NCBI GenBank assembly: GCA_964390805.1
Contig: CAYMKL010000006.1
Location: forward strand, 7,895-71,894
Direction: 5' to 3'
DNA: 64,000 bases
DNA from: an uncultured Anaerolineae bacterium
GTDB lineage: Bacteria; Chloroflexota; Anaerolineae; VGOG01
Shown here piece by piece: positions 29,740 through 41,208 of the stretch (within the stretch, counting starts at the first letter, position 1; every line of letters begins with the position of its first letter). The notes beneath the pieces are model-generated. The model was not told the DNA's origin, searched no databases, and saw only the letters and a program-made list of their open reading frames with translations. A program made the position numbers and the translations under genes.

Positions 29740-30093
29740 ATGCACAGAGAATACCCTGAAGCCCCCATCGTCGCGGTAGGCGTGGTGGTGAAACGAGGCC
29801 ACGAGGTTCTCCTGGTGCAGCGGTTGAACGAGCCCAGTCGGGGCCGCTGGAGCCTGCCCGGCGGCGTGGTGGAGCTGGGGGAGACGGTGCGGGAGGCCGG
29901 CCAGCGGGAGGTGCAGGAGGAGTGTGGGCTACAGATCGAACCGGGCGAAATCCTGGCCATCGTAGACAATATCGTTCGCGACGAGGCAGGCCGCATCCGT
30001 TTCCACTACGTCCTCATTGACCTCCTGGCCAAATACGTCGGCGGCGAACCGGCAGCGGCCTCAGACATCGGCGATGCCCGCTGGGTGAGCTAA
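29740..30093 (+). CDS. NUDIX hydrolase. It may be truncated by an in-frame TAA; see findings.
   Basis: Nudix box GGVVELGETVREAGQREVQEECGL. Confidence 0.75.
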   Translation: MHREYPEAPIVAVGVVVKRGHEVLLVQRLNEPSRGRWSLPGGVVELGETVREAGQREVQEECGLQIEPGEILAIVDNIVRDEAGRIRFHYVLIDLLAKYVGGEPAAASDIGDARWVS

Positions 30094-30151
30094 GAGAAGC
30101 TGGGAGAGCTCGACGTGACCGAGAAGGCAAGGGAGCTTGTGCAGAAGGTGC

Positions 30152-31396
30152 TCAGGTCCGCGCCGAGCTGAAGCTCGACGCTAAGATACCAAACAACAGC
30201 AATCCGATGCCGGCTAACAGCAGCCAGCGGTCACCCACCCACTGTCCGCCGGTCTCGGGAAGCCACGGCAAGCGCGGCAGCCACTCAACTAGCGTTTCCG
30301 CCTCGGTGTCCAAGACGAAAGCCAGGTGAGCCTCAGGGCGGCAGCGCGACATGGCATTTCCAGAGCCATAGATCAGCCCACCGGCCGGGATGGGCATCAG
30401 ACTGTTCACATAGACCAACAGGAGAACCTCGCTGCACTTGACCCCCTCCGGCGGAGTCGGCTCCTGGAAGGTGATGGTCAATTTGCGCTCCCTCGTCTCC
30501 GGCAGCAAGACGAATACATGGAAAGTCATCGCGCCGTCGCTCTCGCCAGCGACGTACAGCTCGCCGTCGGCGGGATCAACCGCCAGGGTGTACTGCTGCC
30601 TCGACGGCACGTTCGTCAGTGGGTCCAGCCACTGCTGGCTAGCGGTATCCAGTACGTGGATCGCGTCTGGCAGGGCCAGGTAGAAGCGCCTACGCGTCGG
30701 GTCCACCGCCATCCCGAAGAGATACCCCTCTGGCCGGGACAGCTCCGCCAGCACCGCGTCATCGGCTGTGTTGATCACGGCGACGCTCTCGTCGCTCGCT
30801 AGATAGAGCCGGCCACCCTCGCGGTCGAGCAGCACCCGACGGCCGCCAGGCAGCGTCCCCAGCTCTGTCAGCGTGACCGTGTCGTAGACTACAGTGTCCG
30901 TCTCGCCGACGGCGTAGAGCTTGCCGTGTGCTGGATCAGCGAGCAACTGGATGTACGGATAGACGACACCCAGGGGAATCTGCTGCACTATGGTGCCTTG
31001 GGCAGCGTCAATACCGAACAGCGTCCAGTGGTGCCCCTCCGGCCCTCGCCCCACGCTGTTGATGGCAAAGAGGCGTCCAGCCTGCTCGTCCAACGCCAGC
31101 GTCCGGATGCCCATACCCTCGTAGCGATGGCCGGGAACACCCACGTCGGCGATGATACTCACCAATTGACCGCTCTCCACGTCCATAGCCAGGATGCGGT
31201 TGTCATAGGCCAGGTAAGTGTACAGCCGTCCGGCGACGGGGTCCAGTAGCAATTCCCGCGGCCCCACTTGGCTGATCACTGCCCCCACGGGTGCGGCCAG
31301 CCCCGCCAGCAACAAGAGGCTCAGCAACAGGACCACGGACGGTCCCCGTATGGGGATGCCCCAGAGGCCGGATTTGCCATCCGTGTTTCGTCTCAT
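30152..31396 (-). CDS. Secreted beta-propeller repeat protein (YVTN/NHL-like) with a C-terminal TM anchor
   Basis: Signal peptide. Repeated G-L-Y motifs (RLYTYLAYD, RLFAIN, KLYAV, RLYLAS, RFYLAL, ELYVAG). Hydrophobic C-terminal helix. Confidence 0.55.
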   Translation of the reverse strand: MRRNTDGKSGLWGIPIRGPSVVLLLSLLLLAGLAAPVGAVISQVGPRELLLDPVAGRLYTYLAYDNRILAMDVESGQLVSIIADVGVPGHRYEGMGIRTLALDEQAGRLFAINSVGRGPEGHHWTLFGIDAAQGTIVQQIPLGVVYPYIQLLADPAHGKLYAVGETDTVVYDTVTLTELGTLPGGRRVLLDREGGRLYLASDESVAVINTADDAVLAELSRPEGYLFGMAVDPTRRRFYLALPDAIHVLDTASQQWLDPLTNVPSRQQYTLAVDPADGELYVAGESDGAMTFHVFVLLPETRERKLTITFQEPTPPEGVKCSEVLLLVYVNSLMPIPAGGLIYGSGNAMSRCRPEAHLAFVLDTEAETLVEWLPRLPWLPETGGQWVGDRWLLLAGIGLLLFGILASSFSSART

Positions 31397-31502
31397 TAAC
31401 TCTTCTCCCTCCTGCTGTTCTATCTTTGTTCAGCGCGCCTGCGCTGTCATCGTTTCCTGACCGACGGAGCCAACAGAGACGAAGCTGAGTCTTATTACCC
31501 TT

Positions 31503-33677
<2,175 letters not shown>

Positions 33678-33796
33678 TCAACGATAGAGAGCGACAATCT
33701 GAAATGAGTGAATTGAAAGTACGGATTGTACGTCTAGCAAAGCACCATAACCCTCGCCCCCGAGCATTGTCTCGGGGGCAAGCCGTTGGCCATCGC

Positions 33797-33825
33797 TTGA
33801 CAAAAACACAGAGTGGCTATAGAAT
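33797..33825 (+). promoter_or_regulatory. Candidate sigma70-type promoter (TTGACA-17 nt-TAGAAT)
   Basis: TTGACA at 33797-33802 and TAGAAT at 33820-33825, about 10 nt upstream of the ATG at 33835 (possibly leaderless or short-leader). Confidence 0.35.
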
Positions 33826-33834
33826 GGGCCTACG

Positions 33835-34653
33835 ATGCCCTACGACAAACTAAGTGCTGTGGTAAGTGTGATACTGCTTTGTCTGGCCCTCTCCCTGATG
33901 GTCGTCTTACCGACGGAGGCCTTCTCCTTCGCCATTCTGGGCTCAACTCTGACGGTCCCACTCTCTCAGAACTGGCTGGCGGCTGGGCTACTGGCCAGCA
34001 TGGCCTGTGTCGGCACCGCCTCCATCATGCGTCTCCATCCCCTGTCCCAGGAAGGTAAACTCCCCCGTACTTTCGTTTTCTGGATTCTCCCCGGCTTGGC
34101 GATGCTGCTGGTCACGATCCTCTTGCCTCAAGCCCCAGACCGAATCTACACCCTGGGCGGACTGGTTGTGATGGGAATCCTTCTCCTGCTGATTATCACC
34201 GCCGAATATCGCACCGTTGATACGAGCGCCCCTGGCTACAAGACAGCCCGGTTGGGCCTGAACTTCATCGCTTATCTCATGGCCCTTGTCCTTTTCGCCC
34301 TCATCAACGGGAGCAAGGCTCCTGGGCTGCTCATGGCCACGGCAGCGTTGGTCGGGAGTGGCTTACTGGCCCTGGATCTGCTGCACGGCGCGCAACAGGG
34401 CCTCAGACAAACCAGCCTCTACGCCCTGATCGTCGGTCTGGTCATGGGCGAGATCGTCTGGACCTTGAGCTACTCGAAGATGAACAGCCTGACCGCACGG
34501 GACACCCTCCCCATCTTGCTGCTGCTCATCTTCTACCTCATCACCGGCCTCGCCCGGCAGGGGCTCCTGAAACTCCTCAGCCGACGGATCCTCGTCGAGT
34601 TCGCTGTGGTAGCCCTGATCGGCCTGGCGCTGCTTCTCAGGTACGCCTCCTGA
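33835..34653 (+). CDS. Polytopic integral membrane protein of unknown function (about 8 TM)
   Basis: Hydrophobicity pattern only. Confidence 0.5.
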   Translation: MPYDKLSAVVSVILLCLALSLMVVLPTEAFSFAILGSTLTVPLSQNWLAAGLLASMACVGTASIMRLHPLSQEGKLPRTFVFWILPGLAMLLVTILLPQAPDRIYTLGGLVVMGILLLLIITAEYRTVDTSAPGYKTARLGLNFIAYLMALVLFALINGSKAPGLLMATAALVGSGLLALDLLHGAQQGLRQTSLYALIVGLVMGEIVWTLSYSKMNSLTARDTLPILLLLIFYLITGLARQGLLKLLSRRILVEFAVVALIGLALLLRYAS

Positions 34654-34660
34654 GCCACCC

Positions 34661-35650
34661 TCACAACTCCACCTCGATGCCTAGCCCCAGCGTCTCGGCC
34701 CGCGTCAGCACCGCGCAGGCCACCGACACATCCTGCACGGCATTGCCCACCGACTTGAAGAGTGTGATCTCCCCAGCAGTCTCGCGCCCTGGCCTGGTCC
34801 CGGCAGCGATCTCCCCCAGCTCGGCGTAGATAGCGTCTTCGGCGATCAGACCCTTCTGGATGGGTATGATCAGGTCGCCCGTTTCGGCCAGGCTTGCCTC
34901 CCGTGAACCCACCACGATTCTCGCCCTGCGGACCGTCTGCTCGGGAACCTCCTGCATCTCCGGCGTGAAGGAGCCGACGGCGTTGATGTGGGCACCGGGC
35001 TTGAGGTCCGCATCGGCGAAGACAGGCGTCCTGGAGGTGGTGGCGGTGCATAAGACATCGGCCTCACGGACGGCCTCCGCCGGGGAGGAGGCGGCCCGGA
35101 GGTCTGCGGGCACCCTCCCCTTTCCCCCCATCTCCTGGGCGAACCTTTCCGCCGTCTGGGGGTTGACGTCGTAGACCCAGGCTCTTTCAATGTCCCGCAC
35201 CTCGCAGACCGCCAAAAGCTGGGTGCGCCCCTGGGCTCCCGCCCCGAAGATGGCCGCCACCTTGGCGTCCTTCCTGGCTAGGAGGTCGGTGGCCGCGCCC
35301 GAAGCCGCGCCGGTGCGCAGCGCGGTGAGATAGGTGCCGTCCATCACCGCCACCGGCCGTCCGGTAGATGCCTCCACCACGGCCACCAAGGCGAAGATGG
35401 TCGGCAATCCCATCTTCAGGTTGCGGGGAAAGACAGACACGATCTTCACCCCCAGGTCGTCGCTCTCCGAGAGGTAGGCAGGCATGAACAGAGCCACTCC
35501 CTCGTGTCTATCCACCGGCAGTTGAGTGCGCAGGGGCACCACCGCCTTCCCCGCCGAGAGTTGAGCGAAGGCCCCCTTGACGGTCTCAATGGCCTCCCAC
35601 ATGGGGACGGCTTGCTGGACGTCCTGCTTCGAGAGCACTCGTAGTTTCAT
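34661..35650 (-). CDS. Ornithine cyclodeaminase/mu-crystallin family protein (OCD / Pyr2C-reductase type)
   Basis: The overall pattern matches the OCD_Mu_crystallin family (MKLRVLSKQDVQQAVPMWEAIETVKGAF...; NAD Rossmann AIFGAGAQG). RBS GGGAGGG precedes the ATG at 35650. Confidence 0.8.
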   Translation of the reverse strand: MKLRVLSKQDVQQAVPMWEAIETVKGAFAQLSAGKAVVPLRTQLPVDRHEGVALFMPAYLSESDDLGVKIVSVFPRNLKMGLPTIFALVAVVEASTGRPVAVMDGTYLTALRTGAASGAATDLLARKDAKVAAIFGAGAQGRTQLLAVCEVRDIERAWVYDVNPQTAERFAQEMGGKGRVPADLRAASSPAEAVREADVLCTATTSRTPVFADADLKPGAHINAVGSFTPEMQEVPEQTVRRARIVVGSREASLAETGDLIIPIQKGLIAEDAIYAELGEIAAGTRPGRETAGEITLFKSVGNAVQDVSVACAVLTRAETLGLGIEVEL

Positions 35651-35713
35651 TTGTCCCTCCCATTCTCCAGTCAATAAGGCAGGGCAGAATCGCCCCCGCT
35701 GCCCTCCCACATC

Positions 35714-36871
35714 CTACTTCAGCTTCTCTTCCCCGCCGAACTCCCGATACGGGCTCAGCTCCTCCAGCGTTTCCTCATCCTCCGGCGTCAGCTCTTCCTG
35801 CACCATGCGACTCAACAGAGAACCTACCCCCGGTCCCAACATATAGCCTTGCCCACACATGCCAACGGCGTAGATGTATCCTGCCAGTTCCCGCACCCAC
35901 CCAATGATAGGGAAGCCATCAGGCGTCATCGGATAGAGCCCCCGCCAGGTGCGGCGTACCCGGATGTTAGCCAGTTTGGGCATCAAGCCCACCATCCGTG
36001 GCGCGATCATCGGCAGGAATTCCGAGGTCTCCCGGCGGTCGGTGCCCACAATAGGCGGCTCCGGCGTGATGCAGAAGACAAGCGCGCCGGTCCCTTGCTG
36101 GTAGAAGTAGTAGTTCTTAGAGCCCTCAGCGGGGCGGATGTCCACGATCATCGGCTCCACGAAGCGCGCCACCGGCTCGGTGATGCCCGCCTCATGGCTA
36201 TCTGGCGCCACCGGCGCATCCAACCCGGACATCTGGGCGACCGCTCGCGCCCAAGGACCAGCAGCGTTGATCACCGTCTCCGTGGCGTAGCCTCCCTGGT
36301 CGGTGCGGACTCCGACCACCTTTCCTCGACGGCGAATGATTCCGGTAACCCGCTCGTGGAAACGGAACTCGACTCCCCGCTCTCTCGCGCGGGTGTAGAA
36401 CGCATGCGCAGTCAGCAAGGGCGACGCAGCCCCATCCCCAGGCGAGTAAGTCCCACCGATGAGGTGCTCAGGCTGCAAATCTGGGATTACTCCCAACAGG
36501 TCATCCCGATCCAGCCAGCGGATATCCAAGCCATAAGCCTGCTGAATCTTCAACAAGTCCTTGAGGACCAACTCCTCCCGCTCGCGATGGGCGACGAAGG
36601 AGTAGCCGCCCTGAACCCACTCGATGTCATCCCCGTAGGTCTCCTCCCAGGTGGAGAACACCTCAATGGACTTGAGGCAAAGGCGAATCTTCGATGGTGC
36701 CGAGTGGGTGGCGCGGATGCCGCCGATGGCCGCCTTGTTGGAGCCCTGTCCGGGGCTGGCGAATTGATCAATGACTAACGGCTTCAGTCCAGCCTGAGCC
36801 ATGAAGAATGCAGTCGGCAGCCCAACACTTCCTGCACCGACGATGATGACGTCGTAGACCCGGGTGGTCAT
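35714..36871 (-). CDS. FAD-dependent oxidoreductase (sarcosine oxidase beta / opine oxidase B / DadA-like), subunit copy 1
   Basis: FAD-binding GXGXXG (YDVIIVGAGSVG) and DAO family fold. Confidence 0.8.
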   Translation of the reverse strand: MTTRVYDVIIVGAGSVGLPTAFFMAQAGLKPLVIDQFASPGQGSNKAAIGGIRATHSAPSKIRLCLKSIEVFSTWEETYGDDIEWVQGGYSFVAHREREELVLKDLLKIQQAYGLDIRWLDRDDLLGVIPDLQPEHLIGGTYSPGDGAASPLLTAHAFYTRARERGVEFRFHERVTGIIRRRGKVVGVRTDQGGYATETVINAAGPWARAVAQMSGLDAPVAPDSHEAGITEPVARFVEPMIVDIRPAEGSKNYYFYQQGTGALVFCITPEPPIVGTDRRETSEFLPMIAPRMVGLMPKLANIRVRRTWRGLYPMTPDGFPIIGWVRELAGYIYAVGMCGQGYMLGPGVGSLLSRMVQEELTPEDEETLEELSPYREFGGEEKLK

Positions 36872-36887
36872 GCATACCTCTCCATAA

Positions 36888-36955
36888 GTAGGACAAGTTG
36901 GCAACTTGTCCTACTGTGGCGGGAGGAGTAGGACAAGTTGCCAACTTGTCTACAA
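36888..36955. repeat. Pair of REP-like palindromes flanking the RAYT gene (GGACAAGTTGGCAACTTGTCC and GGACAAGTTGCCAACTTGTCT)
   Basis: Perfect 9-bp-stem palindromes at 36891-36912 and 36931-36951. Confidence 0.8.
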
Positions 36956-37594
36956 GGGATATTTACAATAGCTCCACTTCCACTCTTCCCAGTACTCAAC
37001 CAAGCCGGCTTTGACGGGATTGTTCAGTACGTACCAGATGATCCGACGTAGTTCCGCTTCATCTCGCACGAAGTGGTCGTAGTTCTCGTGTTGCCAGAAC
37101 TGCCCTTCACGTCCCAACAACAGATTGGACTCGCGAGCAGTGTATAGTTTGAGGGAGTGCATGATAGCGGACATGGCGTAGTAGGTGCCATCTTCCTTAA
37201 GTAGTGGGGTGTAAACCACGTGGACGTGGTTGGGCATGATGCAATAGGCCACCAGGTCGTAGACCCGACCGTCACGATGGTGCAAGCTTTCAGCCACCAG
37301 GTCGGCGATCTGAGGGTCTCGAAGCCAGAAGGGGCCGCTCCGGGCCATATCCAGTGCTGTATCCCATTTGCCGAAAAGGCGGCGTTGCTCCAGGTAGGCC
37401 CGCTCGGCGCGTTTCTGGGGATCGGGGATGCAGGCCAGGATTGCTTCGACCCGGTCGGCTTCCACACGCAGTTGCTGCAGAACCTCGGCCGGGATGGAAC
37501 CCGCCAGGCGGAAGGTGATGAACAGCGTAGCACCGGGCGGTTGGATGTGCGGCAGGTGCCTACGGTAAAACAGCTTGTATTCCAGGGTGCTCAT
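36950..37594 (-). CDS. REP-associated tyrosine transposase (RAYT; IS200/IS605 TnpA-like HuH enzyme)
   Basis: HuH motif (CIMPNHVHVVY) and a downstream catalytic Tyr region. The N-terminus YRRHLPH is typical of the Y1 transposase/RAYT family. Confidence 0.8.
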   Translation of the reverse strand: MSTLEYKLFYRRHLPHIQPPGATLFITFRLAGSIPAEVLQQLRVEADRVEAILACIPDPQKRAERAYLEQRRLFGKWDTALDMARSGPFWLRDPQIADLVAESLHHRDGRVYDLVAYCIMPNHVHVVYTPLLKEDGTYYAMSAIMHSLKLYTARESNLLLGREGQFWQHENYDHFVRDEAELRRIIWYVLNNPVKAGLVEYWEEWKWSYCKYPL

Positions 37595-37604
37595 GTTTTC
37601 CTCT

Positions 37605-37670
37605 GGTAGGGCAAGTTGGCAACTTGCCCTACAGTCCTTCTCGTAGAGCAAGTTGCCAACTTGCTTTACA
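37605..37670. repeat. Pair of REP-like palindromes (GGGCAAGTTGGCAACTTGCCC and AGCAAGTTGCCAACTTGCT) upstream of the RAYT gene
   Basis: Palindromes at 37609-37629 and 37646-37666 share the CAAGTTGGCAACTTG core with the pair at 36888-36955. Confidence 0.8.
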
Positions 37671-39798
37671 GTCCGCCTTCGTGCAGGTCGGTGGCGTGGG
37701 TGACCGGCACCTCCTCGGCCAGCCCCTCCCCGACGGCGATGCCAGCGAAGGCCCCTAGCGGCACCTCAATGAAGAGCGGACGCTGCGTGTTCTCCCTCAC
37801 TTCCTCCAGTGAGACGCCCTCCTCGCGGAAGAGACGTTTGATCAGGTTGGTGCACGTCTTGCCACCGCAGGCCCCCATCCCGGCCCGCGTCACCGCCTTG
37901 AGATGGTTCATATCTCGCACACCAGAGCGGATGAGTTCGCGGATCTCCCCTGCCGTCACCCGCTCACAGCGGCAGATGATCGTGTCGCTGGAAATGTGCT
38001 GGACGGCACGCTCCAATGGCTCGGTTACCCAGGGATCCTGCACACGGATGCCGGCGATGCGCTTGGCGATCTCGTGGGGCGCTTTCACCCGCACCAACAG
38101 CGCTCGGTCGGCGAACCTGGTCTTTCGCACCCTCACCACCCTCACGTTGCCTAACACCTTCCCCTCCGTGTCTAGCACCGTTACGATGTCCCCCTCATCA
38201 ATGGTCTCCTCGGGGAACTCGTAGGGGATGGTGACGGTGGGGTACTCGACGTCTTTCCGATAGTCCACCATCGTAACAGCCAGCCCAGGGCAGATGGCGA
38301 CGCACTGCTCACAGCCAAGACAATCCTCGCCGATGTACTCCGGCAGACCTCGGATGTCGTTCTCCTCGATGATGATACAGCCTTGCGGACAGACGGAGAT
38401 GCAGGGATTGCACGGGATCTCCTGAGCGCAGTGCAGCACCGGGAAGACCCCCTCCTCTTTTTCCGGGATGTCCTCGGTGACCACCGCGCCAGGCCGCGAT
38501 TTGAGGACCTCGGCGGTGCGGTGCCACTCCGGTGGCACTTCCCCCACGTCCCGCCCCAGAGCTTTGGCGATCTCCAAGCCACGGATGCGACCCATGAACA
38601 TCGCCGCCGACGCCTCAGCGATCTCCTCAGCGTCGCCCGCTGCGTAGACCGGCAAGCCAAACTCCTCCGCCTTTTGGAAGAACTCGTCCACCGGATCCAG
38701 TCCCACCGCGACGAGCACCGTGTCACATTCGAACGTCTTCTCCGTGTCGGGGATGGGCTGCCAGTTCTCGTCTATCTGGGCGATAGTGACCGAGTCAACC
38801 TCATCCGTGCCGCTGGCGCTGAGGACGGTATGTGAAGTGTAGATAGGCACACCCAGGCGAGCTAGTTTGTCCTTGTGGACCTTGTAGCCAGAGCACTCGG
38901 GCAGGGCCTCGCACAGGCCGACGACCTGGATGCCGGCCTGGAGCGCGTGATAACCGGCGATCAGCCCTACGTTTCCTCCGCCGACGATGAACAAGCGGTC
39001 GGAGGACTTCACCAGATCCCGATTGACCAGCGTCTGGAAGGCCCCCGCGCCGTAGACGCCCGGCAGCGTGTTCCCCCTGAAGGCCAGCGACTTCTCTCGC
39101 GCGCCCGTCGCCACCAGCAGGATGTGAGGCCGGACCAGAACGTAGTGCCCCTCCCGCAGAAGCCCCACCTTCCGATCGGAGTAGACGGCCAGCGCCGTGG
39201 TGTTGAGCCAGACCTGGACGTTCTCGTAGCCGCTCACTTCCTGTTCCAGCTTCTTGGCGATGTCAATGCCGCGCGTCCCGGCGTAGCAGGCCTCGATGGA
39301 GCCGAAGAACTTGTGCGTCTGGAGCACCAGCTTGCCGCCCAGGCAGTGCTTGTCATCCACGATGAGCGTACGCACGCCCGCCTTGCCCAGCTCGATGGCC
39401 GCCGAAAGCCCCGCCGGCCCAGCGCCGATGATCAAACATTCGACATCGCCGACATGGATCCCCTGTGTATCGAGCACCGTTTCGACGGCGGGCAGCACCG
39501 GCTTCCCGTCCATCGGCTCGACCCACATTCCCGCCTCCACCGGGGTCATGCAGGACTTGACGGGCAGACCGTTGGCCATCACCAGGCACTGCGCACACTG
39601 ACCATTGGCGCAGAAAATGCCTTGGGGCGCACCATCCTTGGGGTGGTGCCCGAAGATGCGCACCCCTTTAGCAAAAAGGGCCGAAGCGATGGTCTCTCCC
39701 TCACGCGCCACCATCGCTAGGCCCTGCCAGGTGAACTCAAACGTAGGTTGATCCTCGACGGGGAGGATAGGATGCTCACGAATACGATAGTCCGCCAT
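37666..39798 (-). CDS. Opine/amino-acid dehydrogenase alpha subunit (OoxA/HcnAB/PDH-alpha-like): N-terminal 2Fe-2S domain, FAD/NAD(P)-binding, BFD-like [2Fe-2S] and 2x[4Fe-4S] ferredoxin domains
   Basis: N-terminal Cys motif CANGQCAQC. GXGXXG (IIGAGPAGLSAAIELG). BFD-like CRCERVTAGEI...CGGKTC. 4Fe-4S motifs CISVCPQGC and CLGCEQCVAICPG. Confidence 0.8.
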   Translation of the reverse strand: MADYRIREHPILPVEDQPTFEFTWQGLAMVAREGETIASALFAKGVRIFGHHPKDGAPQGIFCANGQCAQCLVMANGLPVKSCMTPVEAGMWVEPMDGKPVLPAVETVLDTQGIHVGDVECLIIGAGPAGLSAAIELGKAGVRTLIVDDKHCLGGKLVLQTHKFFGSIEACYAGTRGIDIAKKLEQEVSGYENVQVWLNTTALAVYSDRKVGLLREGHYVLVRPHILLVATGAREKSLAFRGNTLPGVYGAGAFQTLVNRDLVKSSDRLFIVGGGNVGLIAGYHALQAGIQVVGLCEALPECSGYKVHKDKLARLGVPIYTSHTVLSASGTDEVDSVTIAQIDENWQPIPDTEKTFECDTVLVAVGLDPVDEFFQKAEEFGLPVYAAGDAEEIAEASAAMFMGRIRGLEIAKALGRDVGEVPPEWHRTAEVLKSRPGAVVTEDIPEKEEGVFPVLHCAQEIPCNPCISVCPQGCIIIEENDIRGLPEYIGEDCLGCEQCVAICPGLAVTMVDYRKDVEYPTVTIPYEFPEETIDEGDIVTVLDTEGKVLGNVRVVRVRKTRFADRALLVRVKAPHEIAKRIAGIRVQDPWVTEPLERAVQHISSDTIICRCERVTAGEIRELIRSGVRDMNHLKAVTRAGMGACGGKTCTNLIKRLFREEGVSLEEVRENTQRPLFIEVPLGAFAGIAVGEGLAEEVPVTHATDLHEGGL

Positions 39799-39936
39799 AC
39801 GTCTTCTTCCTTGATTGGACGCGCTTCCGCTGCGCGCTTCTCGCCATTGAGAGATGCAGACCGATTCTATCACAATCCTCTTGGGATGTCAAACAAACTT
39901 CTTCCGTTGACAGCAGTGGCACCATAGAGACTGTTT

Positions 39937-40044
39937 GTCATTGCGAGACGGAGGCGAAGCAATCCCCACCCCGCAAATTGGAGATTGCCCTTCGGCTAAG
40001 CTCAGGACAGGCTTCGGCACAGAAACCGTGCCTCGCAATGACAC
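39937..40044. repeat. MITE-like element of about 108 nt with imperfect terminal inverted repeats GTCATTGCGAG...CTCGCAATGAC (copy A)
   Basis: gtcattgcgagacggaggcgaagcaatcccc...cgtgcctcgcaatgacac. A related copy lies at 42829-42917. Confidence 0.6.
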
Positions 40045-40059
40045 ATGCACCCGGCAAAG

Positions 40060-41208
40060 CTAAACGGCGCGGCTTTCTCCCATCAACTCCCCGGTTTCGA
40101 ATCTCTCCAACTGGAAGGGGCCCAGGTCGAAGTCCGTCTGGCCACTGGTGATGAGGTCCGCCAGGATCCGCCCCACAGCGGGTGACTGCTGGAAGCCGTG
40201 ACCACTGAAACCCACGGCGCAGTAGAAGCCCTGCACCCCGCCGATGTCCTGGCCGATGACGGGGTTGTTGTCGGGGGTGATGGCGTAGAGGCCGCCCCAG
40301 CCACGCATGAAGTCCGCTCGATCAAGGACTGGTACGCGGTGCGATGCCTTCTCCGCCACCTTGACCAGGAATTCCAGATCGAAGTTGGTATTGAAGCTGG
40401 AGGGCTCCTCGTGATCAGTCATGCCCATCAGGATGCTCGCTCCCTCCCGACGGAGGTAGAAACTGGGAGCGAAATCAATGATCAAAGGGGTTTGCTTAGG
40501 CAGCTCGTCGAAAGGTGCGGTAACGAAGACCTGGCGACGATAGGGCAGCACAGGCAACTCCAGGCCAGCCATGTCTCCCACCTGGGCTGCCCACGGCCCG
40601 GCGACGTTGACCACCACCGGGGTCGCTATCTCGCCCTGGTTGGTCACCACCGCCCGCACCTTCCCCTGCCTCACCTTTATGTCGAGAGCTTCCGTCTCCT
40701 CGCGGATCCTCACCCCCATCCGCCTGGCCTGCTTGGCGAAGCCCATGGCCACGCTGTAGGGATCGGCGTAGCCATCGCGAGGGCAAAACGTACCGCCCAC
40801 CACGTCGTCCACATAGAGATAGGGCGCCAGTTCGCCTATCTCCGCTGGCGATAGCAGTCGCACCGGCACACCCATGCGCTGTTGTATCACCACGTTGGCC
40901 TGGAATTCGGCCCAATCCCCAGGCTCGGTCGCCAGGAACAGGTAGCCATGCTGCCGGAAATCTATCTCCGCCTCGAACTCCTCGGCAAAGCGTTCAAAAA
41001 CCTGGAGGCTCTCCATGGACATGCGGATGTTGGCTTCCAAGGAGAATTGGAGTCGGATGCCGCCGGCTGACAGGCCCGTGGAGCCGGAGGCCACTTGCTT
41101 CTTCTCCACCAGCACCACGTCCTGGAAGCCCCGTTTGGCCAGATGGTAGGCGGTGCTGGTGCCCATCACCCCACCGCCGATGATCACTACGTTCGCTTTC
41201 TCGATCAC
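40060..41208 (-). CDS. FAD-dependent oxidoreductase (SoxB/OoxB/DadA-like), subunit copy 2
   Basis: VVIIGGGVMGTSTAYHLAKRG and DAO family fold. Confidence 0.8.
   Translation of the reverse strand: MIEKANVVIIGGGVMGTSTAYHLAKRGFQDVVLVEKKQVASGSTGLSAGGIRLQFSLEANIRMSMESLQVFERFAEEFEAEIDFRQHGYLFLATEPGDWAEFQANVVIQQRMGVPVRLLSPAEIGELAPYLYVDDVVGGTFCPRDGYADPYSVAMGFAKQARRMGVRIREETEALDIKVRQGKVRAVVTNQGEIATPVVVNVAGPWAAQVGDMAGLELPVLPYRRQVFVTAPFDELPKQTPLIIDFAPSFYLRREGASILMGMTDHEEPSSFNTNFDLEFLVKVAEKASHRVPVLDRADFMRGWGGLYAITPDNNPVIGQDIGGVQGFYCAVGFSGHGFQQSPAVGRILADLITSGQTDFDLGPFQLERFETGELMGESRAV

Larger units (their letters stand above)
36888..37670 (-). mobile_element. REP-RAYT unit: an IS200/IS605-like HuH tyrosine transposase gene flanked on both sides by pairs of REP palindromes
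   Basis: See the CDS and repeat entries. Matches the typical REP-tnpA(REP)-REP organisation. Confidence 0.75.
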
